DNA from: a bacterium TMED161
Lineage (GTDB): Bacteria; Fidelibacterota; Marinisomatia; SCGC-AAA003-L08; D37C17
Direction: 5' to 3'
Assembly (NCBI GenBank): GCA_002171125.1
Contig: NHHK01000020.1
Span: 7,629 to 71,628 of the forward strand
Length of the DNA stretch: 64,000 bases
Below the pieces are notes generated by a model. It did not search any database, was not told the origin of the DNA, and saw only the letters and a list, made by a program, of their open reading frames with translations. The position numbers and the translations under genes are program-made. This document shows positions 37,464 to 47,857 of the stretch, one piece after another. Every line of letters starts with the position of its first letter. Within the stretch, counting starts at the first letter, position 1.

Positions 37464-39398
37464 ATGTCAACAAAGCCAATATGGAGTCCATCTGAAGATT
37501 TAGTAGCTCAAAGCAATCTCACATCTTTTCAAAAATATATTAATAACAAGTATAGCGCTAGTTTCAAAACTTATAATGCCTTACATAAATGGTCTGTTAA
37601 TTCACTAAATGACTTTTGGTCATCTTTGATTGAATATGAGAAAATCATTTACAAAGGATCACTTCTTCCTCATGTTGATGGAGATATATGCATGCCAGGA
37701 ACGAAATGGTATCCAAATATGAAGTTAAATTTTGCACAAAATCTGTTAAAATTCAATGATGATTCAATTGCAATTGAATCTCATTCTGAGTCTGGTGAAA
37801 TATTGGAAATAACATTCAAAGAATTAAATCAAAAAGTAGATACTTGTTTTAATTACTTAAAGTCAGTTGGAGTGAATTACGGAGATCGGGTTGCATCTGT
37901 TACCCCTAATATTTCAGAAAATGTAATATTGATGCTTGCCACTGCTAAATTAGGTGCAATATGGACCTCATGTTCACCAGATTTTGGAGAGCAAGCTATT
38001 TTGGATAGATTTAAACAAGTCTCACCAAAAGTATTAATCACTGCAGATGGTTATTCTTTTAAGGGTAAATACATATCTATTGTTGATAAGATTATAAATG
38101 TATCTAGACAGCTTAATAGCTTAGAATCTATTATCGCTATTGATTATATCCACGACTGTGAAATAGATGACGTTCGAGTACAAAAATATAGTCATTTAAA
38201 AATTGAATCAACGAGAAAAATCCCTAATTACGATGTATTTGATTTTGATCATCCTTTATACATTATGTATTCATCTGGAACTACGGGAGAACCTAAAAGT
38301 ATTGTTCATTCTGCTGGCGGAACACTCGTTCAGCATATTAAAGAATTATCTCTTCACACTAATATAAAAAAAGGAGATAAAGTTTTTTATTACACGACTT
38401 GCGGTTGGATGATGTGGAATTGGCTAGTTTCAAGTCTTTCTCTAGGCGCTACAATTGTATTGTATGATGGCAATCCATTTTTCCCAAATGAAGATAGACT
38501 TCTGGATATGGCATCAAGCAGAGGAATTAATGTTTTTGGCACAAGTGCAAAATATATAGATTCATTAAGATTGTCTGGATGTAAGCCAGTTGATAGTTTT
38601 AATTTTGATAATTTAGATTCAATTTTGTCTACTGGGTCTACTTTAACTGAAGAAAATTTTCAATTTGTATATGATCATTGGAAAAAAAGTGTCCAGTTAT
38701 CTTCAATTTCAGGAGGAACTGATATTATATCGTGCTTTGCTCTTGGCAATCCAAATTTACCTGTTTATAAAGGAGACCTCCAATGTTTGGGGCTTGGAAT
38801 GAATGTAAAAAGTTATGATGAAAATGGTGTTTCTATTATATCACAAAAAGGAGAACTAGTTTGTGAAACTCCATTCCCATCAATGCCAATATATTTTTGG
38901 AAGGATAGTGATGGGAGCAAGTATCACGAGGCCTATTTTGAAAAATTTAAAGAAAAGTGGACCCATGGTGACTACATATCTATAAGCGAAACAGGTGGAG
39001 TTAGAATATTTGGAAGGTCAGATGCGACATTAAACCCTGGTGGAGTTAGAATTGGCACATCTGAGATTTATAAAGTTGTTGATAAGATAGATGGAGTTTT
39101 AGATTCTGTAGCTATTTCTAAGAACATAGAAGGCGATGAGAAAATTCTTTTATTTGTTAAGATGATTAAAGAATTTGACGATAAAATTAATACTCTAATT
39201 AAGCAAAGTCTAAGACAAGAATGTAGCCCAAAACACATTCCATATAAAATATTTAAAGTTGATGATATCCCTTATACATTAAATGGAAAAAAAATAGAGT
39301 TAGCTATAAAAAAAATAATTGAAGGGGAGGAAGTTAGCAATAGGTCATCTATTGTAAATCCTGAATCTTTAAAATTTTTTGAAAATATAACTATTTAA
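37464..39398 (+). CDS. Acetoacetyl-CoA synthetase (acetoacetate--CoA ligase)
   Basis: The N-terminus PIWSPSEDLVAQSNLTSF.. is typical of acetoacetyl-CoA synthetases. AMP-binding motif YSSGTTGEPK. Confidence 0.8.
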   Translation: MSTKPIWSPSEDLVAQSNLTSFQKYINNKYSASFKTYNALHKWSVNSLNDFWSSLIEYEKIIYKGSLLPHVDGDICMPGTKWYPNMKLNFAQNLLKFNDDSIAIESHSESGEILEITFKELNQKVDTCFNYLKSVGVNYGDRVASVTPNISENVILMLATAKLGAIWTSCSPDFGEQAILDRFKQVSPKVLITADGYSFKGKYISIVDKIINVSRQLNSLESIIAIDYIHDCEIDDVRVQKYSHLKIESTRKIPNYDVFDFDHPLYIMYSSGTTGEPKSIVHSAGGTLVQHIKELSLHTNIKKGDKVFYYTTCGWMMWNWLVSSLSLGATIVLYDGNPFFPNEDRLLDMASSRGINVFGTSAKYIDSLRLSGCKPVDSFNFDNLDSILSTGSTLTEENFQFVYDHWKKSVQLSSISGGTDIISCFALGNPNLPVYKGDLQCLGLGMNVKSYDENGVSIISQKGELVCETPFPSMPIYFWKDSDGSKYHEAYFEKFKEKWTHGDYISISETGGVRIFGRSDATLNPGGVRIGTSEIYKVVDKIDGVLDSVAISKNIEGDEKILLFVKMIKEFDDKINTLIKQSLRQECSPKHIPYKIFKVDDIPYTLNGKKIELAIKKIIEGEEVSNRSSIVNPESLKFFENITI

Positions 39399-39471
39399 AC
39401 CTTGCAGACCTTCTTAGATAACCTTTAAATTTACTATTATATTGTTACATGAAATTATTTAAAGTGAGGAT

Positions 39472-40128
39472 ATAGTTACGACACAAATATTTCCAAAATG
39501 GGCTAATTATGCACCAGTCATTGCAGCTGTTTTAGGGGCTGGAGCGCTCGGGTCTGTTGTTTTCTTTTTTTCTTATTTTGGTTCACCCAAATTTACAGAT
39601 GTAGGTTATCGTCCAGATCAGCCTGTAGATTATTCCCACAAACTTCATGCGGGTGAACTTGGAATGGATTGCAGATATTGTCACACTTCTGTGGAAGCTT
39701 CGCACGAGGCCAATATTCCTCCGACTCAAACTTGTATGAATTGCCACAATATTGTTGATGTTGATGCCGATGAATTAGCTTTAGTTCAAGAAAGTTGGAA
39801 AACTGGTAAGCCAATTGAGTGGGTAAAGGTTCATATGCTACCAGACTATGCTTATTTTAATCATGCAGTTCATGTTGATGCTAATATAGGCTGCGCAAGT
39901 TGTCATGGCAGAATTGATCAAATGGAGATTGTTGAACAGGCTGAGCCACTTAGTATGGGATGGTGTTTAGATTGTCATAGAGACCCAGCTAAACATATTA
40001 GACCAGATAATGTCAGTGTTACGCAAATGGATTGGGTAGCTCCAGAAGGACATGAAGAAATTATGAATGAATATATAAAAATACATGGAATATCACCTCC
40101 AGAGGATTGCACAGCATGTCACAGATAA
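39472..40128 (+). CDS. actA: Alternative Complex III subunit ActA (pentaheme cytochrome c), start codon unresolved
   Basis: Five CxxCH motifs (CRYCH, CMNCH, CASCH, CLDCH, CTACH). The frame upstream of the tracked ATG 39664 encodes the expected TM anchor (FPKWANYAPVIAAVLGAGALGSVVFFF). It has no ATG/GTG/TTG after the in-frame TAA at 39460. Confidence 0.8.
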   Translation: MVTTQIFPKWANYAPVIAAVLGAGALGSVVFFFSYFGSPKFTDVGYRPDQPVDYSHKLHAGELGMDCRYCHTSVEASHEANIPPTQTCMNCHNIVDVDADELALVQESWKTGKPIEWVKVHMLPDYAYFNHAVHVDANIGCASCHGRIDQMEIVEQAEPLSMGWCLDCHRDPAKHIRPDNVSVTQMDWVAPEGHEEIMNEYIKIHGISPPEDCTACHR

Positions 40129-43100
40129 AAAATAAAAACGATAAAACTTACTGGAGAAGCCTTAGTGACAAAATGGGCTCAGATGATATAAAATCCTTTC
40201 TAGTAAATGAATTCCCTGAGGGTACATCAGAGCTAGCTGATACTATGACAAGAAAGAAGTTTTTGTCATTAATGGGTGCATCTATGGCTATGGCTGGACT
40301 TGTAGGATGCAGAAAACCTGTGCAAAAAATAATTCCATATGTAGATGCCCCTGAAGATGTAATTCCAGGTATACCTAATTATTTCGCTACAACTGTTCCC
40401 ATTGGACTTAATGCATTTGGTGCAATAGTTGAAAGTCATGTTGGTAGACCAACTCACATTGAGGGTAATAAAAATCACCCACAATCAAAAGGAAGTGTCA
40501 ACTCCTTTATTCAAGCATCTATTTTAGATCTATATGATCCAGATAGGGTGAAAGAGCCAATATCAGCAAATGAAAACTCCACATTAGATAAATTTTCAGA
40601 TAAGATATCTTCAATTAGCGAATCAAGCAATACTGCATTTATCACAAAAACAATTAATTCCCCTTCTACAATAGAACTAATTGATAAAGTTAAGAAAAAA
40701 TTCCCAAAATCATCGTGGACATCCTTTGATTTAGATTCAAAAGAAAATCAAATCATTGGCATAAAGCAAGTAACTAATAAAGATTTAATTCCATTTTATC
40801 AATTTGATAAGGCTAAAGTTGTTTTATCTATAGATTCTGATTTCTTATCTGGGGATCAGACTTCAATTCATAACCAAAAAACTTTTTCTAAAGCAAGAAG
40901 AGTAAAAAAGTCTACAGATTCAATGAATAGACTTTATTGTATTGAAAGTACTTTAACAAGTACAGGAATGATGGCTGACCATAGATTTAAAATCAAACCT
41001 AATGAAGTCTATAATTTTTTAGCTGAACTAAATAACCAATTAATTAAAAAAGGCCTTTTCAACTTAGAGAAAATTGAAGTTACAGGAATACATTTTGAGG
41101 AAAAATACTTAAAAATGATAAAAGTACTAGCTGGAGATCTGGTGAAAAACAGATCTAAATCAATTATAACAGCTGGTGATCCCTTGTCATCTGAAGTGCA
41201 TTCATTAGTCTTTTTGTTAAACCAAGAGCTAGGAAATAATAATAAAACCATTAGATATACATCTGTTTCTGAATCAATTAGGCCGGAGCTTGCATCTGCA
41301 ATTGATTTAGTAGATCGAATTAATAATAAGAAAGTAGACAATTTATTTATACTAGATTTAGATTTTGTTCACCTATTTTCTCATATGCTTAAAGATTCAT
41401 TGTCGAACTTAGTTCAAAATATTTTCTATATTGGTTCTCATAGAGATTTGACTTCAATGCAATCTAACTGGACTATTCCTATAAGTCATTATTTAGAAAC
41501 CTGGGGTGATGCACGTAGTGTAGATGGAACATTATCTATTATTCAGCCTTTGATTCGTCCTCTATATAATTCAATTTCATTAAATGAATTTTTATCTTTA
41601 TTGATTGGAGATAGAAAAACTGACTATAGAATCCTTAAAGACTCAAATTTATGGAGATTAAAAAATAAAGCAAGTTTCAGGAAAGTAATCCATGATGGTT
41701 ACTTGAAGTCTTCTACATTGTCCAATGTTGTGAATGTTAAAAAAGTTAACATTAAGCCCTTGAAAAATATTTTTTCCCAGATTAGGAAAAATTTAATCAA
41801 AGGTAAATCAGATAATTTAAATGTTAGGTTTAGTCTTTCTTCACAGATTTATGATGGTAGGTATATGAATAATTTCTGGCTTCGAGAAGTACCTGATGCG
41901 GTAAGTAAAATAAGCTGGGAGAATGTAGCTTTAGTTAGTCTTCAAACTGCAAAAGATTATAATTTGAGTAATTCTGATTTAGTTAAACTATCTACCAAAG
42001 TTAATGGTAAGTCAGCAAGTATAGAAGCTCCAATATGGATTCTTCCTGGATTACCAAATAATTCAGTGATACTAGAGATGGGGTATGGAAGAGTTATTGA
42101 AAGAGAAGTTGATAGAACATATATAGATGAAGGGATATTGGGTTATAACGCTCTAAGCGTTAAAGATCCAAACTCCTATTTTGATTCTATTGAATTATCT
42201 AAAGTAAATAAAAAACATCCTGTTGCGTGTGTTCAAGATCATCATGGCCTTGATATAGAGGGTCTAGCTGCGGATGAAGTTGACAAGAGACTTCCTGAGA
42301 TTATAAGAGAATCAACCCTTGAAGAATATAAAAAAGATGATGACTTTGTTGATTATTATGATAAAAAATGGCATATACCCAAAAAGAATGAAGATATACC
42401 ATCAATGTACCCTTCTCACGACTATACAAAAGGGCCTCAATGGGGGATGAGTATCGATTTAAATGTATGTAGTGGGTGTAATGCTTGTGCTATTGCATGT
42501 CAAAGTGAAAATAATATACCAGTGGTAGGCAAACAGCAAGTTATGGATGGCAGAGAAATGAGCTGGATACGCATGGATCGATATTTTAAGGGTGATGCTG
42601 AAAATCCAGAGTTTGCCTTGCAACCAGTTGCATGTTTGCATTGTGAAAATGCTCCATGCGAGCAAGTGTGTCCAGTTGCGGCAACAGTCCATGATGAAAA
42701 TGGTTTAAATGGTATGGCATACAATAGGTGCATAGGTACAAGGTACTGTGCAAATAATTGTCCATATAAAGTCAGAAGATTTAATTTTTACAATTATACT
42801 GTAGATACACCAGATGTAGTTCAAATGGCTGCAAATCCAGATGTAACTGTTAGGTTTAGAGGCGTAATGGAAAAATGCACCTATTGCGTACAAAGAATTC
42901 ATGCTGCCGAAATTAAAGCTAAACTTGAAGATAGAGATCTTAGAGATTCAGATGTGAATGTAGCATGTCAATCTGCTTGCGCAATGGATGCAGTGAAGTT
43001 TGGAGATATTACTGATCCAGATAGTGAAGTATCAAAAGCAAAAGCTCTAAGTCATGACTACTCGCTACTTAAAATGCTAAATACAAAGCCACGAACAACA

Positions 43101-43184
43101 TATTTAGCAAAGCTCAGAAATCCTCATCCAGAATTGGTTGAACATAAAGACCAAAAAGAGCATTATGAAGGTGGACATCACTAG
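40116..43184 (+). CDS. actB: Alternative Complex III subunit ActB (molybdopterin-like domain fused to 4Fe-4S ferredoxin domain)
   Basis: Tat-like leader TRKKFLSLMGASMAMAGLVGC. C-terminal Fe-S motifs CSGCNACAIACQSEN, CLHCENAPCEQVCP, CIGTRYCANNCPYKVRRFN. Gene order actABCDEF. Confidence 0.9.
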   Translation: MSQIKNKNDKTYWRSLSDKMGSDDIKSFLVNEFPEGTSELADTMTRKKFLSLMGASMAMAGLVGCRKPVQKIIPYVDAPEDVIPGIPNYFATTVPIGLNAFGAIVESHVGRPTHIEGNKNHPQSKGSVNSFIQASILDLYDPDRVKEPISANENSTLDKFSDKISSISESSNTAFITKTINSPSTIELIDKVKKKFPKSSWTSFDLDSKENQIIGIKQVTNKDLIPFYQFDKAKVVLSIDSDFLSGDQTSIHNQKTFSKARRVKKSTDSMNRLYCIESTLTSTGMMADHRFKIKPNEVYNFLAELNNQLIKKGLFNLEKIEVTGIHFEEKYLKMIKVLAGDLVKNRSKSIITAGDPLSSEVHSLVFLLNQELGNNNKTIRYTSVSESIRPELASAIDLVDRINNKKVDNLFILDLDFVHLFSHMLKDSLSNLVQNIFYIGSHRDLTSMQSNWTIPISHYLETWGDARSVDGTLSIIQPLIRPLYNSISLNEFLSLLIGDRKTDYRILKDSNLWRLKNKASFRKVIHDGYLKSSTLSNVVNVKKVNIKPLKNIFSQIRKNLIKGKSDNLNVRFSLSSQIYDGRYMNNFWLREVPDAVSKISWENVALVSLQTAKDYNLSNSDLVKLSTKVNGKSASIEAPIWILPGLPNNSVILEMGYGRVIEREVDRTYIDEGILGYNALSVKDPNSYFDSIELSKVNKKHPVACVQDHHGLDIEGLAADEVDKRLPEIIRESTLEEYKKDDDFVDYYDKKWHIPKKNEDIPSMYPSHDYTKGPQWGMSIDLNVCSGCNACAIACQSENNIPVVGKQQVMDGREMSWIRMDRYFKGDAENPEFALQPVACLHCENAPCEQVCPVAATVHDENGLNGMAYNRCIGTRYCANNCPYKVRRFNFYNYTVDTPDVVQMAANPDVTVRFRGVMEKCTYCVQRIHAAEIKAKLEDRDLRDSDVNVACQSACAMDAVKFGDITDPDSEVSKAKALSHDYSLLKMLNTKPRTTYLAKLRNPHPELVEHKDQKEHYEGGHH

Positions 43185-44576
43185 ATGAGTGATACTAATA
43201 AAAATATAGAACAGATGAATGATATTCAAGAAGCTCCTTTAGTTCTAGGAAATCATACTTTTGGTTCAATTACCGAGAAAATAAGTTCGATTACTGAAAC
43301 TCCTCCTCCAAAAGGATGGTGGCTTGCATTTTTATTTTCACTTTCTTTACTTGGCCTTTTACAGGTATCAATACTTTATCTAATTTGGGAAGGTACTGGT
43401 ATCTGGGGCTTGAATAATCCCATTGGTTGGGGATGGGCAATTGTTAATTTTGTATTTTGGGTTGGTATAGGTCATGCGGGTACGCTTATATCTGCTGTAC
43501 TTTTTTTATTTAGGCAAAAATGGAGAACTGCAATTAATAGATTTGCAGAGGCGATGACAATTTTTGCAGTTATGTGTGCACTTATTTTTCCTGGAATTCA
43601 TATTGGTAGAGTGTGGGTTGCCTATTATATGTTCCCAATCCCAAATTCAATGTTAATGTGGCCAAACTTCAGAAGCCCATTGCTTTGGGATGTATTTGCT
43701 GTTGGTACATATTTTACTGTTTCTCTTCTTTTTTGGTATGTTGGATTAATTCCTGATTTTGCTACATTAAGGGATAGAGCTAAAACTAAAGTCCGTAAAG
43801 TTGTATATGGTATTCTTGCCTTAGGGTGGAGATCTAGTAATAGACATTGGCAAAATTATGAGCAAGCTTACTTAATGTTGGCTGGACTATCAACACCTCT
43901 AGTTCTTTCTGTCCATAGTATTGTGAGTACTGACTTTGCGATAAGCTTACTTCCTGGATGGCATACAACAATATTTCCACCTTACTTTGTAGCAGGTGCT
44001 ATTTTCTCAGGCTTTGCAATGGTTATCACTCTTGCAATACCTGTTAGATATATATATGGCCTCGAATCAATAATTACAATGGGTCACCTTGATAAGATGG
44101 CTAAAATTATGCTAGTAACAGGTTCAATGGTTGGCTATGCATATTCAATGGAATTCTTTATAGCATGGTACAGTAATAATACCTATGAATCTTTTGCATT
44201 TGTAAATAGAGCTTTTGGACCCTATGCATGGGCTTATTGGATCATGATTTCATGTAATGTTATCGTACCACAGTTATTCTGGTCTAAAAAATTAAGAAAT
44301 AGTATCCCTGTCTTGTTTATAGCTTCTATATTTGCAAATATCGGAATGTGGTTTGAACGATTTGTCATAGTAATTAGTTCTCTATCTAGAGATTATCTGC
44401 CTTCAAACTGGGATTACTATTCACCAACCATATGGGATGTAACTTTATTTCTAGGATCATTTGGACTCTTCTTTACTTTATTCTTATTATTTTTAAGATT
44501 TATGCCAATGATAGCAATTTCTGAGGTTAAAGGTGTAATGCCCGAAGCAGACCCTCATCATGGAGAGAAGCACTAA
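43185..44576 (+). CDS. actC: Alternative Complex III subunit ActC (NrfD/PsrC-like quinol-interacting membrane subunit)
   Basis: Polytopic NrfD-like protein ([23 protein letters not shown]). Position after actB. Confidence 0.9.
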   Translation: MSDTNKNIEQMNDIQEAPLVLGNHTFGSITEKISSITETPPPKGWWLAFLFSLSLLGLLQVSILYLIWEGTGIWGLNNPIGWGWAIVNFVFWVGIGHAGTLISAVLFLFRQKWRTAINRFAEAMTIFAVMCALIFPGIHIGRVWVAYYMFPIPNSMLMWPNFRSPLLWDVFAVGTYFTVSLLFWYVGLIPDFATLRDRAKTKVRKVVYGILALGWRSSNRHWQNYEQAYLMLAGLSTPLVLSVHSIVSTDFAISLLPGWHTTIFPPYFVAGAIFSGFAMVITLAIPVRYIYGLESIITMGHLDKMAKIMLVTGSMVGYAYSMEFFIAWYSNNTYESFAFVNRAFGPYAWAYWIMISCNVIVPQLFWSKKLRNSIPVLFIASIFANIGMWFERFVIVISSLSRDYLPSNWDYYSPTIWDVTLFLGSFGLFFTLFLLFLRFMPMIAISEVKGVMPEADPHHGEKH

Positions 44577-45112
44577 TGACACCTAAAAATTTATATGGTA
44601 TGTTAGCAGAATTTCAGACGCCTAAAGAAATCTTAGATGCAGCTAATGCTGTAAGAAAAGAGGGATATATTGATTTTGATTGCCATACACCTTTCCCCGT
44701 ACATGGCCTTGATGATGCAATGGGGTTAAAACGCTCAATAGTTGGATTTATTGTAGGAATAGGGTGCGTAGTTGGAGCCACTGCTGGATTAACACTTCAA
44801 TGGTGGTCTAGTACTATCGCTTATCCAATAATAATATCAGGTAAGCCATTATTTAGTTGGCAAGCGTTTATGATTATAACATTTGTTTTAATGGTCCTTG
44901 GAGGTGCTTTTTCTGCATTAATTGGAATGTTTCATCTTAATCGGATACCAACATTTTACCATCCATTATTTAACTCAGAACAATTCAAAAAAGCTACTGA
45001 TGATAAGTTCTTTGTGAGCATTGAATTTAAAGATCCTAAATTTGATATAGAAGATACTAGGAAATTTTTAGAAATTATTGGTGGAAAGAATATTGAGGTA
45101 ATAGAAGAATGA
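44576..45112 (+). CDS. actD: Alternative Complex III subunit ActD
   Basis: TAATG-coupled. N-terminus LYGMLAEFQTPKEILDAANAVRKEGY followed by two TM helices, the typical ActD layout. Confidence 0.8.
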   Translation: MTPKNLYGMLAEFQTPKEILDAANAVRKEGYIDFDCHTPFPVHGLDDAMGLKRSIVGFIVGIGCVVGATAGLTLQWWSSTIAYPIIISGKPLFSWQAFMIITFVLMVLGGAFSALIGMFHLNRIPTFYHPLFNSEQFKKATDDKFFVSIEFKDPKFDIEDTRKFLEIIGGKNIEVIEE

Positions 45113-45687
45113 TAAAATTTTTATACATATTTATTGCTCTTTTCTTATTTGGTTGTCAAGGCATGCCATCCAAAAAACCACCAATACATTTAAATCCAAA
45201 TATGGATGATGTAGAAAGATATGATGCTCAGGAAAAGCAGTTTTTTTATAAAAACGACGATAGAACTAAAAGAAATCCTATAGAAGGAACTATTCCATAT
45301 GGTTTCTACAAAGATGATAACCCTGAATTTTACCTAGGAAAAAATAGTGAAGGAGAATACCTAAATAAGGTCTCTGAGATTTTAGATGTTGACAAAGATT
45401 TTATAAAACGCGGCCAAGAACGTTTTAATATTTATTGTTCAGTATGTCATGGATATAGTGGAGTAGGCAATGGTCTTGTAGCGCAAAATGATGAATATAA
45501 TGTTATTGTGACATCAATACTTTCTGAAACTCTTGATGATAAGTCCGATGGATACTTTTATGATATCATATCTAATGGCAAAAATAACATGAAAGGATAT
45601 TCGGGCCAAATAAATGAAGAAGATAGATGGGCTATTGTTACCTATATAAGAGCTTTGAGGTATATGAAGGATAATGATAATGAATAG
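45109..45687 (+). CDS. actE: Alternative Complex III subunit ActE (monoheme cytochrome c lipoprotein)
   Basis: Lipobox LFLFG-C and a single CSVCHG heme motif. ATGA-coupled. Confidence 0.85.
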   Translation: MIKFLYIFIALFLFGCQGMPSKKPPIHLNPNMDDVERYDAQEKQFFYKNDDRTKRNPIEGTIPYGFYKDDNPEFYLGKNSEGEYLNKVSEILDVDKDFIKRGQERFNIYCSVCHGYSGVGNGLVAQNDEYNVIVTSILSETLDDKSDGYFYDIISNGKNNMKGYSGQINEEDRWAIVTYIRALRYMKDNDNE

Positions 45688-46816
45688 TATATTTCAATTT
45701 AAAGATACTAATAATTTAGTAGGAAAATTTTTTATTCTTGGTGTTGTATCAACCGCACTCAGCTATTTGGGATACTTAAATGATATTGAGCATTTTTATC
45801 ATTCATATTTAGTGTCATTTGTTTTTTGGATGACATTATCTCTCGGCTGTATGTTTTTTGTACTTATGCATTTTGCTATGAATGCAACATGGAGTGTAGG
45901 AATGAGAAGAATCGCTGAAACCTCTATGTCCTTGATACCATACGTATGCTTATTTTTCATTCCACTTTACTTTGGAATGGACATATTGTACGAATGGACC
46001 CATCATAAAATGAAACAACCTTACCTTTCAAAAGATTTCTTCTTAGCTAGAACCTTGTTTTATTTTGTGTGTTGGATATTTATATCGCGTACACTTTATT
46101 ATCATTCTACAAGATTCTCATCAGTAGAGTCATTTCAAACCCTTAGGAAATGGTCGGGTATTGGAACATTTTTATACGCATTGACTATTAGCTTTGCAGC
46201 TTTTGATTGGCTTATGACTTTAGACCCACATTGGTATTCAACAATGTTTGGAGTATATATTTTCTCTGGTTCATTTCTAGTTTCTATTGCTTTTATAACA
46301 TTGGTTTTAATTTATCTAAGGAATCAGGGAATTTTATATAATGAAGTTAAAATGACTCATTTTAATGATCTAGCAAGAATTATGTTCGGATTTACCGTAT
46401 TTTGGGCGTATATAGCAGGATTTCAATATTATATTATATGGTATGGAAATCTTCCTGAAGAGATTGAATGGTATCTAGCCAGAAGTCACGGTACGTGGAT
46501 GAATTTATCATTACTACTGGTCTTTGGTCATTTTGTGATTCCTTTTTTAATATTAATTTTTGACAAGACTAAAAAGATTTTACCAATTTTGGCTTCTCTT
46601 GCAGTACTAATTTTGTTTATGCATTGGGTCGATTTATATTGGAATGTTTTACCAAACCTTCATGAAGATACAATTGTATTTAACTGGCTTGATATAACAA
46701 TATTCCTAGCACATGGTGGTTTTTTCATGTCATTATTTTGGAAAAGATTATCTGATTATCCAATGGTCCCTATCAATGAGTCAAGGTTTGAGGATTCAAT
46801 TAAAGGAAAATATTAA
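45674..46816 (+). CDS. actF: Alternative Complex III subunit ActF (second NrfD-like membrane subunit)
   Basis: Polytopic membrane protein following actE. Layout as in ACIII operons. Confidence 0.8.
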   Translation: MIMNSIFQFKDTNNLVGKFFILGVVSTALSYLGYLNDIEHFYHSYLVSFVFWMTLSLGCMFFVLMHFAMNATWSVGMRRIAETSMSLIPYVCLFFIPLYFGMDILYEWTHHKMKQPYLSKDFFLARTLFYFVCWIFISRTLYYHSTRFSSVESFQTLRKWSGIGTFLYALTISFAAFDWLMTLDPHWYSTMFGVYIFSGSFLVSIAFITLVLIYLRNQGILYNEVKMTHFNDLARIMFGFTVFWAYIAGFQYYIIWYGNLPEEIEWYLARSHGTWMNLSLLLVFGHFVIPFLILIFDKTKKILPILASLAVLILFMHWVDLYWNVLPNLHEDTIVFNWLDITIFLAHGGFFMSLFWKRLSDYPMVPINESRFEDSIKGKY

Positions 46817-47085
46817 TGGGTTTTGATTTAACAGGATACGAAGAAGACAATATGGATGTAAGGCCTTTGGCCACTTATACAATTGGTGCTATTATTGCCT
46901 TAGTAATCGTAATTGTTGGAATTTACTATTATATGTTTTTTATGGGAGAGAAATATATTCAAGAGCTATTTTTAGAAAGAGATACAATGCAAACTCTTGA
47001 ATATAATAAACAGAAAACTGAATTTCTTAGTTCATCAAAATTAGAAACTGGAATGGCAAAAGCTCTAGAGAATTACAATGAATAA
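46816..47085 (+). CDS. Small single-pass membrane protein between actF and the oxidase genes (possible ActG-like or oxidase accessory subunit)
   Basis: 89 aa with one TM helix (ATYTIGAIIALVIVIVGIYYYMFF). TAATG-coupled to actF. Confidence 0.5.
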   Translation: MGFDLTGYEEDNMDVRPLATYTIGAIIALVIVIVGIYYYMFFMGEKYIQELFLERDTMQTLEYNKQKTEFLSSSKLETGMAKALENYNE

Positions 47086-47857
47086 AATTATGCATGTAAT
47101 ATTATTTTGTAGTTTTATTTTTTGTTTAGATTCTCCATCAGATAAATATTTAAATAGTATGGATGTAATCAACAAAATAGGTGATGAATTATCTTCAGAT
47201 ATAACTATTGTTGATGACAAAGGGAATTCTATTCAAATTGGTCAATTCTTCAATGATAAGCCAACTGTCCTGGCTATGGCATATTATAATTGTCCAATGT
47301 TATGCACAATGGTTTTAAATGGCCTTTCAGAAGCAATTAACGGTTCAAAACTAATACCTGGCCAGGATTATAATGTTTTAACTGTTAGCATAGATCCATC
47401 TGAGACGACAAGTTTAGCAAAAGAAAAGAAAAACAATTATGTAAACAAATATTTTAAAGATAATAAAGATGATTTTTGGACTTTTGCAACTGCCGAATCC
47501 AAAGATATTGAATTATTAGCAAACGAACTTGGCTTTCAGTATTCATATGATAGCTATACAAAACAGTATGCACATCCAGCAGTTATTTACATTATATCCA
47601 ATGACGGTATTGTTTCACATCATTTATTCGGAGTTGCTCCAACATCAAATGACTTTTCAATGGCCATAACTGAAGCTTCAGATGGAAAATTTGCATCTAT
47701 TTTTGATAAAATTTTACTTTATTGCTATAAGTATGATCCTGATGCCGGTAGTTATTCGTTGGTAGCAACAAATGTTATGAAAGTAGCGGGGGTATCAACT
47801 ATGTTTGCTATGGCCTCATTTTTATCATTTTTTTGGTACAGGGAGAGTAAAGTATAA
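47078..47857 (+). CDS. SCO1/SenC-family copper chaperone with C-terminal TM helix
   Basis: Thioredoxin-like protein with a YYNCPMLCTMV (CxxxC) motif and a conserved H in the AHPAVIYIIS region. Confidence 0.75.
   Translation: MNKIMHVILFCSFIFCLDSPSDKYLNSMDVINKIGDELSSDITIVDDKGNSIQIGQFFNDKPTVLAMAYYNCPMLCTMVLNGLSEAINGSKLIPGQDYNVLTVSIDPSETTSLAKEKKNNYVNKYFKDNKDDFWTFATAESKDIELLANELGFQYSYDSYTKQYAHPAVIYIISNDGIVSHHLFGVAPTSNDFSMAITEASDGKFASIFDKILLYCYKYDPDAGSYSLVATNVMKVAGVSTMFAMASFLSFFWYRESKV

Noticed and set aside
39399-39471. Sigma-70-like -35/-10 pairs upstream of actA (TTGCAG..TTAAAT), and likewise upstream of infC.
   Set aside because: Hexamer matches of this quality are frequent in AT-rich intergenic DNA, and there is no supporting evidence.
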